Source: Minisyncoccota bacterium
GTDB taxonomy: Bacteria; Patescibacteriota; Minisyncoccia; Phycocordibacterales; JAACPR01
Assembly: GCA_041674225.1 (NCBI GenBank)
Contig: JBAYWG010000001.1
Span: 254,667 to 318,666, forward strand
Direction: 5' to 3'
DNA: 64,000 nucleotides
Positions 1-10,256 of the stretch are shown here, piece by piece. The position numbers and the translations under genes were made by a program. Each line of letters starts with the position of its first letter. Position 1 is the stretch's first letter. The notes beneath the pieces were generated by a model. That model searched no databases. It was not told the DNA's origin and saw nothing but the letters and a program-made list of their open reading frames with translations.

Positions 1-1123
1 TTCGCATTACGTCTCTATGTGCAGCGCGAGCATATCTCCGCATACTCATTAAAATTCCAAGACCAGCAAAAGTCACGACCAGATGTGAACCTCCGTAACT
101 CATAAAAGGAATTGTTAGACCTGTCACTGGCATCAAACCAATATTCATTCCCACATGCACCACAAAGTGACTCATAAAAAGCACAGCTAAACCAATTCCA
201 AAAAGAGTTTCAAAGTTGGTGGCGCCACAAAGTGCATTGCTAATAATTCTCCAAATAACAATTCCAAATAGCAAAAATAAAATTAGCACTCCAACAAATC
301 CCCATTCTTCGGCAAATGCCGCAAAAATAAAGTCTGTTTGATATTCTGGCAAAAATGCTAAACGAGATTGAGTTCCATATCCAACTCCTTTTCCGATAAA
401 TTCTCCGGAACCCACAGCAATAGTTGATTGATATGCATTGTAACCAGTTCCTTGAACATCTTGCAAAGGATCTAGGAAAGTCATAATCCTAGCCTTCTGA
501 TATGGCTGAAGCATGCTAGTCCACATAAACATAAAAGCCAAAGCCCCTAACACAATCACAGCCAGCAAATGTTTTTTTGAAAGACCTGAAACCAAAATCA
601 TTCCAAACCAAATAAAAAATATAATCAAAGCAGAACCAAAATCTGGCTGAACCAAAACCAATACAAACAAAATAAAAGCGTAAGCTCCAGAAACAATAAT
701 ATGTTTTATATTTCTAATTTCTACATGTCTTCTGGAAAAATATTTTGCTAGGAGCAGAATTAAAACAAGCTTCACAACTTCTGCTGGCTGCACATTGAAC
801 AATCCGAAATTCAACCAACTTTGTGCACCTTTTGAAATTGTTCCGATAAAAAATAGCGAGCTCAAAACAACTAAAGATATACCAAAAATCCACACGATAA
901 CTTGTGTTCGTCTGAGAAATTTAAAATCAATCAAACTAAAAATAAAAAATATTCCAAAAGAAATAATCAACCACACTACTTGCCTATCAAAAAAAATACT
1001 ATTCCCGCCTAAAGATGACATCGTAACCAAACCTGCAAGTGAAAGCAAAAACATTGCAGAAACTAAAATCCAATCTATCCCACCGATTATTCTCTGAAAA
1101 ATATTAGTTACTGCTTCTGTCAT
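1..1123 (-). CDS. rodA: Rod shape-determining protein RodA (FtsW/RodA/SpoVE family), 3' end runs off the window
   Basis: Manual translation (absent from ORF track because no stop in window): ATG at 1123, MTEAVTNIFQRIIGGIDW..., with SEDS motifs QPDFGSA, FLPEYQTDFIFAAFAEEWGFVG and MNIGLMPVTGLTIPFMSYGGSHL. Confidence 0.9.
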   Translation of the reverse strand, partial: MTEAVTNIFQRIIGGIDWILVSAMFLLSLAGLVTMSSLGGNSIFFDRQVVWLIISFGIFFIFSLIDFKFLRRTQVIVWIFGISLVVLSSLFFIGTISKGAQSWLNFGLFNVQPAEVVKLVLILLLAKYFSRRHVEIRNIKHIIVSGAYAFILFVLVLVQPDFGSALIIFFIWFGMILVSGLSKKHLLAVIVLGALAFMFMWTSMLQPYQKARIMTFLDPLQDVQGTGYNAYQSTIAVGSGEFIGKGVGYGTQSRLAFLPEYQTDFIFAAFAEEWGFVGVLILFLLFGIVIWRIISNALCGATNFETLFGIGLAVLFMSHFVVHVGMNIGLMPVTGLTIPFMSYGGSHLVVTFAGLGILMSMRRYARAAHRDVMR

Positions 1124-1868
1124 AAACTGGTATCAATTCAAATCTTGAAAAATCTGATTCAAATGGTTTCGGCCAAACGAAAAATGCTTCTGTGTTAGTG
1201 TTTGGAAAAGATTCTTTAAACAAAGTACTAGAAGCTCCAATTGCGTTGTTTTGTGAATCGTAAACTATAGCAACAACTCTCAAATTTTTAATCACCTCCA
1301 CACCAGTGTTTCTTATAATGGCTCGAATCCTCGGACTATCTTCTAGTCTTGTGATTTGTTCATCTTGCACTGCCACCAGAGATTCTTCAGGAGTTTTTTT
1401 GTGCCAAACTAGTTCTTCAGAAAATTCAAAAGAAACTCTGTTCGCGTCTAGTTTTCCAACAGGTAAAGTATTTTCCAAAATCGGAATTATACTTTTAGGA
1501 GGAATTGAAGTAAACCCTCGTCTTTCTTGAAGTAAAACATTTTCATTATCAAAAACTTTAAACTTATACGAAATATTTCGCACTTCGGCATTTGGATTTG
1601 GATTTTCAACATATGCTAAAACATTATAAATTCCTGGTGCAACTTCGAAAACTCTAGTCCAACGAATGATGGGGCTTAGAACTTGTGATGAACACATCAA
1701 AGAACATGATCCTCCGCAATCGATGTTTACTTCATCACCATTCCATTTTTTATCAAAACAATTTGGCTGTTCATAAAGTGCATCAAAAAGTAAATATGCA
1801 ACAATAAGAAAAATTATTGAGAAGAAAGTAAAAACAATTGTATTTCTTCTGTGTGTTCCCCATGACAT
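1104..1868 (-). CDS. Membrane-anchored hypothetical protein with Cys-rich CFDKKWNGDEVNIDCGGSC motif and beta-rich domains
   Basis: ORF track 1104..1895; start moved to ATG 1868, 7 nt after a TATAAT; N-terminal TM helix. Confidence 0.7.
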   Translation of the reverse strand: MSWGTHRRNTIVFTFFSIIFLIVAYLLFDALYEQPNCFDKKWNGDEVNIDCGGSCSLMCSSQVLSPIIRWTRVFEVAPGIYNVLAYVENPNPNAEVRNISYKFKVFDNENVLLQERRGFTSIPPKSIIPILENTLPVGKLDANRVSFEFSEELVWHKKTPEESLVAVQDEQITRLEDSPRIRAIIRNTGVEVIKNLRVVAIVYDSQNNAIGASSTLFKESFPNTNTEAFFVWPKPFESDFSRFELIPVYDRSSN

Positions 1869-1890
1869 GAAATTTATTATAGCAAATAAA

Positions 1891-1928
1891 AACAAAAAGC
1901 CGCGGACAAAGTCCGCGGCTTTTTGTTT
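1891..1928. terminator. Bidirectional intrinsic terminator downstream of 5S rRNA
   Basis: AACAAAAAGCCGCGGAC-AAA-GTCCGCGGCTTTTTGTT perfect inverted repeat with A/T flanks. Confidence 0.8.
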
Positions 1929-1942
1929 TGAATGTATATCCT

Positions 1943-2055
1943 CTGAACTGGCGACTAGCTACTTTCCCCTTACGAGTATCATCGCCTCTACTGAGCTTAA
2001 CTGCCGTGTTCGGAATGAGAACGGGTGTGTCCCCAGCGACGAGTCACCAGATCAG
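1943..2055 (-). rRNA. rrf: 5S rRNA
   Basis: Reverse strand has ACACCCGTTCTCATTCCGAACACGGCAGTTAAGCTC and GATGATACT; terminal helix present; ends approximate. Confidence 0.95.
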
Positions 2056-2461
2056 AAGATATACATCTTCTATTTTATTATATGACTATTGAAGAAAAAA
2101 TGTGTTTTTGTGGTAAAAATTTTATGCATTGCAACCAGTTTGAATGTATCAAAGCGACTTTCAGCATTCCGAACGGGAGTTTGAGCAATTAGTACACCTC
2201 AGCTGAACGTGTTGCCACGCTTATACTTGGTGCCTATCAACCTAATCATCTCTTAGGGCTCTCAAAAGATTTCTAATCTTGAGGTAGGCTTCCTGCTTAG
2301 ATGCTTTCAGCAGTTATCCCTTCCCGACATAGCTACCCGACGATGCCATTGGCATGACAGCCGGTACACCAGAGGTCAGTCCACTCCGGTCCTCTCGTAC
2401 TAGGAGCAGCTCCTCTCAAAAATCAACGCCTACAGCGGATAGAGAACCAACCTGTCTCACG

Positions 2462-2790
2462 CACCTTGCTCACCTATTACTAGGTGGATTGGACTATACT
2501 TTCTTCCCTAAGGAAGGCTGACATGTAGTCTCTACGGGTACATATTGATATGTTTCCCTCGGAATCGTCCTCGCTTAATAGCGATAGGATTTTCCCGATA
2601 TCAGTCAACTAATTCTTGTGTATCACTACACAAAACCGCCGTGATGTTGGTTCTATATTTTGGGACAGAAAGACAAAAATAATTCTTCTCGATAACCCTC
2701 GAAGGGATTCAGATTGATTCACACTTCAAGTTTTTTGTTTCTATATGTTTGACATCTTGGTCAGCACACATTCACACTCTTCAAGTGTGA
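2462..2790 (-). ncRNA. Group I intron in 23S rRNA at E. coli-equivalent L2593, 329 nt, no ORF
   Basis: Interrupts TTCAGACCGT^CGTGAGACAG; 5' exon ends in U, intron ends in G; IGS UCACGGCGGU (~2635-2644) can form P1 and P10; P7 strands GAGACUA / UAUAGUCC. Confidence 0.92.
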
Positions 2791-3451
2791 ACGGTCTGAA
2801 CCCAGCTCGCGTATCTTTTTAATTGGCGAACAGCCAAACCCTTGGGACCTTCTTCAGCCCCAGGATAAGATGAGCCGACATCGAGGTGCCGAACACCGCC
2901 GTCGCTATGGACGCTTAGGCGGTACCAGCCTGTTATCCCCAGGGTAACTTTTATCCGTTGAGCTTCCTCCGCATCTAAAGCGAAAGGTCGGATCGCTATG
3001 CTCCACTTTCGTGTCTGCTCGGCATGTACGCCTTGCAGTTAAGCTCTCTTATGCCATTACACTATCGGCACGGTTTCCATTCGCGCCTAGAGAACCTTTA
3101 GGCCCCTCCGTTACAATTTAGGAGGGTAGCGCCCCACTAAAACTACCCACCAGATACTGTTCCCCGACGTTTTTGCCGTCGAGGTTAGACTATATATTCT
3201 CAAAGGATGGTATTTCACTGTCGACTCCATATCAACCGAAATCAATACTTCAAAGTCTCCCATCTATTCTGCGCAGAGAGAACATATACCCAATATCAAG
3301 CTGCAGTAAAGCTCCTGGGGTCTTTCTGTCCTGCTGTAGGTAGCCGGCATCTTCACCGGCATCGCATTTTCACCGAGCAAGTCCCCGAGACAGTTTCCCA
3401 GTCGTTACGCCATTCGTGCGCGTCTGAACTTACCAGACAAGGAATTTCGCT

Positions 3452-3752
3452 CTCTCGTGTTAACTCTATGTCGCCATAGAGGACGGACTCTATTTTACTT
3501 GATTTTACTCAAGCACTAGCATTTGGTCTCTGAGGATTCTAAAAATATTTTCATAAATTTAGTCTTTCCTGCTGATTGTCCGCACTCTAAAATTTTCACT
3601 GATTAAATAAATTTAATCTAGTATTTAAAGATACTCGGAGTTTCCAGCATATGGCTAGTTTTAAAAAGGCAGTTACTATTCTTTGTAACATGCTGTCTAT
3701 CACACCTTTATAACAGCCCCAATTCTTGGTAACACAATAAATTATGCTACCA
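3452..3752 (-). ncRNA. Group I intron in 23S rRNA at E. coli-equivalent L1931, 301 nt, no ORF
   Basis: Interrupts CCTAAGGT^AGCGAAATTCC; U and terminal G junctions; IGS GCCUU; P3 ACUAGC/GCUAGU; P4 UGCUGG/UCAGCA; R UCAGAGACCA and S AAUAGAGUCC. Confidence 0.9.
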
Positions 3753-3787
<35 letters not shown>

Positions 3788-5226
3788 CGGGGCTTATATC
3801 GGTCAGCACTAAACACTCTACGCACGATTATGATTCAAAAATTTGAATCATGCGCACAGTGTTTAGCACCGCCAATATTTAACCTTCCGGCATTGGTCAG
3901 GCGTCACCCCCTATACATCCTCTTACGAGTTAGCAGGGAGCTGTGTTTTTGATAAACAGTCGCCAGGAATCTTTAGCTGCGGCCCACTTGCGTGGGCAGA
4001 CCTTATACCTAGGGTACGGTCGCTGTTTTGCCGAGTTCCTTGGGGACCCCTCACTCGTTCGCCTTGGTCTTCTCGACCTGACTACCTGTGTCGGTTTGCG
4101 GTACGGTCTCATTATGCTTAACCTTAGAAGCTTTTCTTGGAAGGCTCTTCGCTTAAGTTTGATGGCCTAAGCCACCATTCAGCCGACACCGAGTCTAACA
4201 TGAGCGGATTTGCCTACTCAATAACTCTAGTGCTAGCAACGTAAATCCAGTAATACGCTTAAACTTGTGTCCTCCGTCCCTCCATCGGAACATAATGAGG
4301 TGATGGAATATTAACCATCTGTCCATCGGATTCGACTTTCGTCATCTCCTTAGGCCCGACTAACCCTTCGCTGATTAACATTGCAAAGGAAACCTTAGTC
4401 TTTCGGCGTGCAGGAATCTCACCTGCATTGCGGTTACTTGTGCCAACATTCTTACTTCCACACGCTCCACGATGGGTCACCCCTTTCGCTTCAACGCAGA
4501 GTGGAATACTCTCCTACCAATCCACATGTGCGAACACACGTAAATTCCTCGTTTTCGGTAATACACTTAGCCCCGATCATTTGTGGCGCGTCATCTCTGA
4601 GCGAGTGAGCTGTTACGCTATCTTTAAAGGATGGCTGCTTCTAAGCCAACCTCCTCGGTGTCTCTGAAATGTCACAACCTTTCTTGCACTTAGTGTATAT
4701 TTTGGGACCTTAAACGGAGATCTGGGCTGTTTCCCTTTTGACCGACGGAGCTTAGCCCCCGTGGTCTAACTGCCATGCTCTTAATCTCTGGTATTCGGAG
4801 TTTGATAGGTCTAACGAGATTGCTCCCTGTTTAGACCTTCCAGTGCTCTACCCCCAGAAGGAACACATGACGCCAACCCAAAAGCTGTTTCGGAGAGAAC
4901 CAGCTATTACCAAGCTCGATTAGCTTTTCACTTCCTACCACAAGTCATCCGAAGGAGTTGAACTACCTACCGGTTCGGGCCTCCATTTATGTTTCCATAA
5001 ACTTCACCCTGCTCATAGCAAGCTCGCTTGGTTTCGGGTCTTATACGTACTACTAACGCGCTATTCACACTCGGTTTCCCTACAGCTCCAACCGACTAAG
5101 GTCTTAGCTTGCAGTACATATAAACTCGTTGGCTCATTCTTCAATAGGCACACCGTCACGGATCAAGTCCGCTCCGATTCCTTGTAGGCATATGGTTTCA
5201 GGTCTATTTCAACGCCCTTGTCGGGC

Positions 5227-5268
<42 letters not shown>

Positions 5269-6030
5269 TTCTAATATATTTAGCCTTGCCAGTTAGTTCT
5301 GGCGGATTCACCCGAGGTATTCGTGTCTCGGGCTACTCAAGAACAAACACAAGAGAGATTAAATTTTTTCGTATACGGGACCATTACCCTCTGGGGTACA
5401 ACTTTCCAGTTGTTTCTACTAAAATTTAATTTTGTAACTCTCCTCGTGAAGAAGTGTTTGTCTTACAACCCCAATCATACAAGTACGATTGGTTTGGGCT
5501 TTTCCCCTTTCGCTCGCCGCTATTGAGGGAATCAATATTTTTTTCTATTCCTCCAGGTACTGAGATGTTTCACTTCCCTGGGTAAGCATTACAAGTCAAG
5601 CTCGTAACGACCTATAAAAGGTCGGGTTTCCCCATTCAGAAATCTCCGGATCAAAGGTTGCTAGGCACCTCCCCGAAGCTTATCGCAGCTTTACCACGTC
5701 TTTCATCGCTATTAGAAGCCTAGGCATCCACCATACGCCCTTAGCACTCCCGTCAGGAATGCTAAAAACCGCTTTTTCTACATTTTTTGGTTCAATGCAA
5801 TTTCTACCTACATTTTTTCTTCAATTGTCGAAGATCTCATCGAACCCTCTTCCGGTTCGGCCTCACCATTCTGAACCGAAGTTCAAAATGACGAGGTCGA
5901 ATCACAAGTCACTTTTGTCTATATTTTATTTTTAAAAAAAGCCGCTTTTGGCGGCTTGGGTGAGTGTCTGAAAAAACACTAACTAACCAAGCCGTTTGTT
6001 ACTTTTTTTACCTCTCAACATGTGAGCACG

Positions 6031-6059
6031 AGTATATAAAATTGCTTCAGATAAGTCAA
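6031..6059 (-). promoter_or_regulatory. Sigma70-type promoter of the 23S-5S unit
   Basis: TTGACT-17 nt-TATACT on minus strand, ~280 nt upstream of 23S; boxA-like GATCTTCGACAA near 5825-5836. Confidence 0.8.
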
Positions 6060-6077
6060 CTAAATCTGGGGGTTGTT

Positions 6078-6845
6078 CTATATTATAGATTTGATTAATC
6101 GGAGCTTATTTTTAAGGCTCGCTTTTAGGGAGTGTGGATAGTGGTTTTTATGGTCATTTATTATCTGTCCGAGTGTTCTTACACCCTTTATTTTCCTCGT
6201 TTGAGAGATATTTGTGCCGTGTTTTTTATAAGCTGTGTAGATTTTAGGAAGGTTGGCAAATTTAAAGTTACGCCCTATATCTAACCACGCTGCAAGGTCT
6301 TCCCAAATGAAGTATTTCTCGTTATATGTGGGTAACGAATCTTTTCTAAATAAAACACTTGAGTGAGTAAACTGATTTTGTAGAAGAATTTTCTCGCGAA
6401 TTGATTCGTCTGTGGTTTCTGGTTTTAGTGTGCTTATTTCTTTATCTTCTGAATCAACTACTTTTGTAAAAGTCCCCACCAGCGCATAATCTGGATTTTG
6501 TTCTAGAAACTCTACTTGTTCAGTGAGCTTGTTTTCGTGTAGCCAGTAGTCATCACTGTCGAGCACTGCAATGTATTTACCCTGAGATTTTTGTAAGCCA
6601 AAGTTTCTGTTTTTTGTGATTCCTATGTTTCCCGCGTTTTTGTAATAAAAAATATTTGGATTTATAGCGGTGAAGTTTTTTACAATCTCTTCTGTATTGT
6701 CGGTAGAATTATCATCCACAATAATTATCTCGATGTTTAGATAATTCTGCGCAAGAGCTGATTCAATCGCCTTTGAAATCAATTTTGCACGATTAAAGGT
6801 ACAAATGTTTATACTAATTAGTGGTTTTTGGGCAATTGAATCCAT
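6078..6845 (-). CDS. Glycosyltransferase family 2
   Basis: ISINICTFNR, IIIVDDNSTD, YIAVLDSDD, WED motifs; likely start MDSIAQK. Confidence 0.9.
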   Translation of the reverse strand: MDSIAQKPLISINICTFNRAKLISKAIESALAQNYLNIEIIIVDDNSTDNTEEIVKNFTAINPNIFYYKNAGNIGITKNRNFGLQKSQGKYIAVLDSDDYWLHENKLTEQVEFLEQNPDYALVGTFTKVVDSEDKEISTLKPETTDESIREKILLQNQFTHSSVLFRKDSLPTYNEKYFIWEDLAAWLDIGRNFKFANLPKIYTAYKKHGTNISQTRKIKGVRTLGQIINDHKNHYPHSLKASLKNKLRLIKSII

Positions 6846-7711
6846 GTTTCTGGAATTATATTTTTGTGGGGGCTCGGCCATTGCTGTATCCAAGGAGTGG
6901 GAGCTATCACCAGCTTATCATGATTTTTATTTAGCCATGCTCCCCACCAAGAAAATGTTGAGTTGGATATTATGTTGTGTTTGCATGTGGACATTAGAAT
7001 TAATTCTTCTGGTGCAGATAGATTTTTATCTGAAATAATTTCAGAATTTTCGCTTAAATCAAAGTTTTCAGAAACCCATGCAGGATCGTCTGAGAAAAAG
7101 TAAAAGCTAGGATTTTCTACAGATTCTTTAATCGTGTTGATTGCGTTTTGATAATATTTTAATGAGCAAATTCCATGATATCTCCTAGCACCAGGATTTT
7201 GAACATAATCTCCACGTCGAACATGCACACTTACAGAATGACAATTCTGAATTTCAGTTTGCAAATCTTTAAAGGTTTCAGATTTAAATTCCTCTTTCAA
7301 TGAGAGTTCTTGAAGTAGTATCTCCCGAATTTCCAAAAAGTTCTTTTCACTTTGAAAATATCCTTCAACATATGCACTTTTATTTTTCTTTAATTTGTTC
7401 TCTATTTTTTTTAAAAAACTTGGATGGAAATCTATACGGTATTTAAAAAATATTTTTTGACTGATCTTTCGCATAATATCCGAAATTCTTCCGAATGGAT
7501 TTTTAATCTTTTGAATTTCTTCTATTGAGGCAGGTTTTGCTTGTATATTAAATTTAATTAAATCAAAATCTCGAGATATCTCTTTTTTATGACTAGGAAT
7601 CTGATTCGCATCCAAATATAGGTCGGCACCAGTTTTATAAGCCAAAAATCTTCCAGTCGCATACTCGAACATCTGATTTCCAAGCCCGCCTTTTATTTTG
7701 GTTATGATCAT
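6818..7711 (-). CDS. Alpha-1,2-fucosyltransferase-like glycosyltransferase (GT11)
   Basis: GGLGNQMF, GYFQSE, VSVHVRRGDY, FFSDD, NSTFSWWGAWL motifs. Confidence 0.9.
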   Translation of the reverse strand: MIITKIKGGLGNQMFEYATGRFLAYKTGADLYLDANQIPSHKKEISRDFDLIKFNIQAKPASIEEIQKIKNPFGRISDIMRKISQKIFFKYRIDFHPSFLKKIENKLKKNKSAYVEGYFQSEKNFLEIREILLQELSLKEEFKSETFKDLQTEIQNCHSVSVHVRRGDYVQNPGARRYHGICSLKYYQNAINTIKESVENPSFYFFSDDPAWVSENFDLSENSEIISDKNLSAPEELILMSTCKHNIISNSTFSWWGAWLNKNHDKLVIAPTPWIQQWPSPHKNIIPETWIQLPKNH

Positions 7712-7718
7712 AAATTAA

Positions 7719-8447
7719 TTATTTTATAAAATGAAAACAGCCACATGCATATTTCTCTCCTAACAGTAAATTAATATCAGCGTTTCTAATTAGTCCACCA
7801 TCTTTAGAATCTTCAGGTATCAAAGAAAACTCTTTCAATCTCAATTCTGGAAACAGTTTTAAAACTTGATCATATGAATATATTCTGTGAGCGTTCCATT
7901 CTATTCTAGGTTCATCACTAATAGGCGTAACAAACAAAAGCGATCCATCTTTTTCTAAAACTCTAGATAATTCCTTGCAAGCATCAATATCTCCATCTGG
8001 ATTAATCGGGTCACCGTATCTTCCCAGTCCGATGTGTTCAATTGTATGCATACACGAAAGCGATTTAATACTTCCACTTTCAAAAGGTAGACTCATCAGG
8101 TTGCCCGACTTACTTTCTAAATTACTTAAAATCAAATCCGCGGGTCTTAAATCATAGAAATCCACCGGCACAAAAGCAGATACGATTCCAGAAAAATAAA
8201 GACTTGAAGATATATCAATATGTTTTTCCGGTTTGATTTCTGAAATAACTCTTGCAGCCCAAGACGTATGATACACATAATGCCTGTCAAAATTTGTTCC
8301 AATAGTTTTGTCTTTTATTTGAGGATAAAAATCTTTCAGCTTAATTGTAAATCTTTTTTCTTTATCAACTTTTAAAAATGAAAAATAATCTTTCAGAACA
8401 AAAGGAGTTAGTAATGTTTTGATAATTTTTTTTAAAAACTTTTTCAT
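7719..8447 (-). CDS. DUF268-like SAM-dependent methyltransferase-fold protein
   Basis: SLSCMHTIEHIGLGRYGDPINPDGD and NAHRIY motifs. Confidence 0.75.
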   Translation of the reverse strand: MKKFLKKIIKTLLTPFVLKDYFSFLKVDKEKRFTIKLKDFYPQIKDKTIGTNFDRHYVYHTSWAARVISEIKPEKHIDISSSLYFSGIVSAFVPVDFYDLRPADLILSNLESKSGNLMSLPFESGSIKSLSCMHTIEHIGLGRYGDPINPDGDIDACKELSRVLEKDGSLLFVTPISDEPRIEWNAHRIYSYDQVLKLFPELRLKEFSLIPEDSKDGGLIRNADINLLLGEKYACGCFHFIK

Positions 8448-9172
8448 TGTTTAAATTTATTCAGAAGATTTTTTATATAAATCTTTGAAAATATTTTTCC
8501 GCCTCCGTGTCTTTTACTTATTAAAATCAATTCTTTGTCCATGTCACTCTTATTCTTTGAATTCGATTTTTGGTCTTCTCTGACCATAAAGTTTGATAGC
8601 ACCAAATCTATATATTTACTTGGTTTTTCTTTAATCAATTTAATATATAAATCATATTCCATCCAGTATTCCAAACTATCATCTAGGTATCCAACTTTTC
8701 TAACTAAGTCTAAATCATAAAAAGATGAAGGCTGATAAATTAGGTTACCTGAATTTATTAGTTTGTGAGATGATATGTTTTCAGGTGGTGTGTTAACAAG
8801 TGTACTGGTGTCACTCACAGAATTACATTTTCCATACAATATTGAAATCTCTCCTTTATTTTTTGAAAATTCTTCTGCCACTTTAGATAAAATATTTGGC
8901 TCATAATAATCATCGGCATTTATCCAAGCCACAACATCACCTGTAGCAATTTTAAAGCCTTTGTTTATTGCATCAGACTGACCTTTATCCTTTTCAGAAA
9001 TCCAAAATATTTTATCTCCGTAAGACTTTAATATATCAACAGTTTCATCTCTCGACCCGCCGTCAATTACAATCAACTCTTTGTTTTCGTAATCTTGATC
9101 AATAACGCTATCTATCGTTCTTTTAATATATCGGCCCAGATTATAGCTGGGAATTATTATTGATATTTTCAT
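8444..9172 (-). CDS. Glycosyltransferase family 2
   Basis: ISIIIPSYN, IVIDGGSRD, SEKDKGQSDAINKG, WINADD. Confidence 0.9.
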   Translation of the reverse strand: MKISIIIPSYNLGRYIKRTIDSVIDQDYENKELIVIDGGSRDETVDILKSYGDKIFWISEKDKGQSDAINKGFKIATGDVVAWINADDYYEPNILSKVAEEFSKNKGEISILYGKCNSVSDTSTLVNTPPENISSHKLINSGNLIYQPSSFYDLDLVRKVGYLDDSLEYWMEYDLYIKLIKEKPSKYIDLVLSNFMVREDQKSNSKNKSDMDKELILISKRHGGGKIFSKIYIKNLLNKFKQ

Positions 9173-10251
9173 TATTTAAGTTTATCTAAAATTGCATCAA
9201 TTATTTTTCTTGATGCATCACCAACACCAAATGGATTCTCCCAGATTTTATTAAAATCGATCATTGTTTTAACAGAAGATAATATTTTCTCAGAATCAGC
9301 GCCGGCAAGTATATTTGCTCCAACCTCTATCGTTTCCGGCCTTTCTGTATTGTCCCTTAATGTTACGCAAGGCACCTTAAGAATACATGCCTCTTCTTGT
9401 ATTCCTCCAGAATCAGTCATGATTATTTTTGAATTTTTCTCTAACTGTATAAAATCAAGATAATCAACAGGTTCTATAATAATAATTTTTTCGCATGGTT
9501 TAATTTTAAATTGATCAATCATTTTGATTAATCTAGGGTGTCCTGGCAATAATATAGGCAACTTGGTAAATTCAGATACTTTTTCAAGTCCAACAAAAAT
9601 ACTTCTTAATCGTGATTCATTATCAACGTTTTCTTGTCGATGGATTGTAGATAAAATATATTCACCAGACTTCAGATTTACTCGCTTTAATATATCTGAA
9701 GTCTCTGAAATTTTTGAATGATCAATTAATGCATCTACAACAGTGTTTCCGGAAAGTAATATTTTATCTTCAGAAATTCCTTCATTTTTTAAATTATTAA
9801 TGGCATCAACTGTTGGTGCAAACAATAAACTCGATATGTGATCAACCATCACTCGATTAGTTTCTTCTGGCATTTGTGTGTCAAAAGATCTCAGTCCCGC
9901 TTCAATATGACCTACTGGAATATTTAACTTTACCGCAGCAAGAGCTCCTGCTAGTACACTGTTTGTGTCTCCTTGTACCAAAACAAAATCCGGTTTCTCT
10001 TCTATTAATTTTTCTTCTATGGAAATCAACATTCTTCCGGTTACCTGACCATGCGTTCCAGACCCAACATTTAAATTATGTTTTGGTTTTGGTAATTTCA
10101 AACAATCAAAAAATATCTCATCTAAGTTTTTTGAATAATGCTGATTTGTGTGAATTAGCACAAAATCAATTCCTCTAGACTCAAGTTCCTTGATTGTTGA
10201 AGAGAGTTTTATTATTTCCGGCCTGGTTCCAAATATTATGCAAATTTTCAT
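9172..10251 (-). CDS. wecB: UDP-N-acetylglucosamine 2-epimerase (non-hydrolysing)
   Basis: GTRPEIIK, VQGDTNS, HIEAGLRS, MPEETNR, TDSGGIQEEA, TERPE. Confidence 0.95.
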   Translation of the reverse strand: MKICIIFGTRPEIIKLSSTIKELESRGIDFVLIHTNQHYSKNLDEIFFDCLKLPKPKHNLNVGSGTHGQVTGRMLISIEEKLIEEKPDFVLVQGDTNSVLAGALAAVKLNIPVGHIEAGLRSFDTQMPEETNRVMVDHISSLLFAPTVDAINNLKNEGISEDKILLSGNTVVDALIDHSKISETSDILKRVNLKSGEYILSTIHRQENVDNESRLRSIFVGLEKVSEFTKLPILLPGHPRLIKMIDQFKIKPCEKIIIIEPVDYLDFIQLEKNSKIIMTDSGGIQEEACILKVPCVTLRDNTERPETIEVGANILAGADSEKILSSVKTMIDFNKIWENPFGVGDASRKIIDAILDKLK

Positions 10252-10256
10252 ATTTA

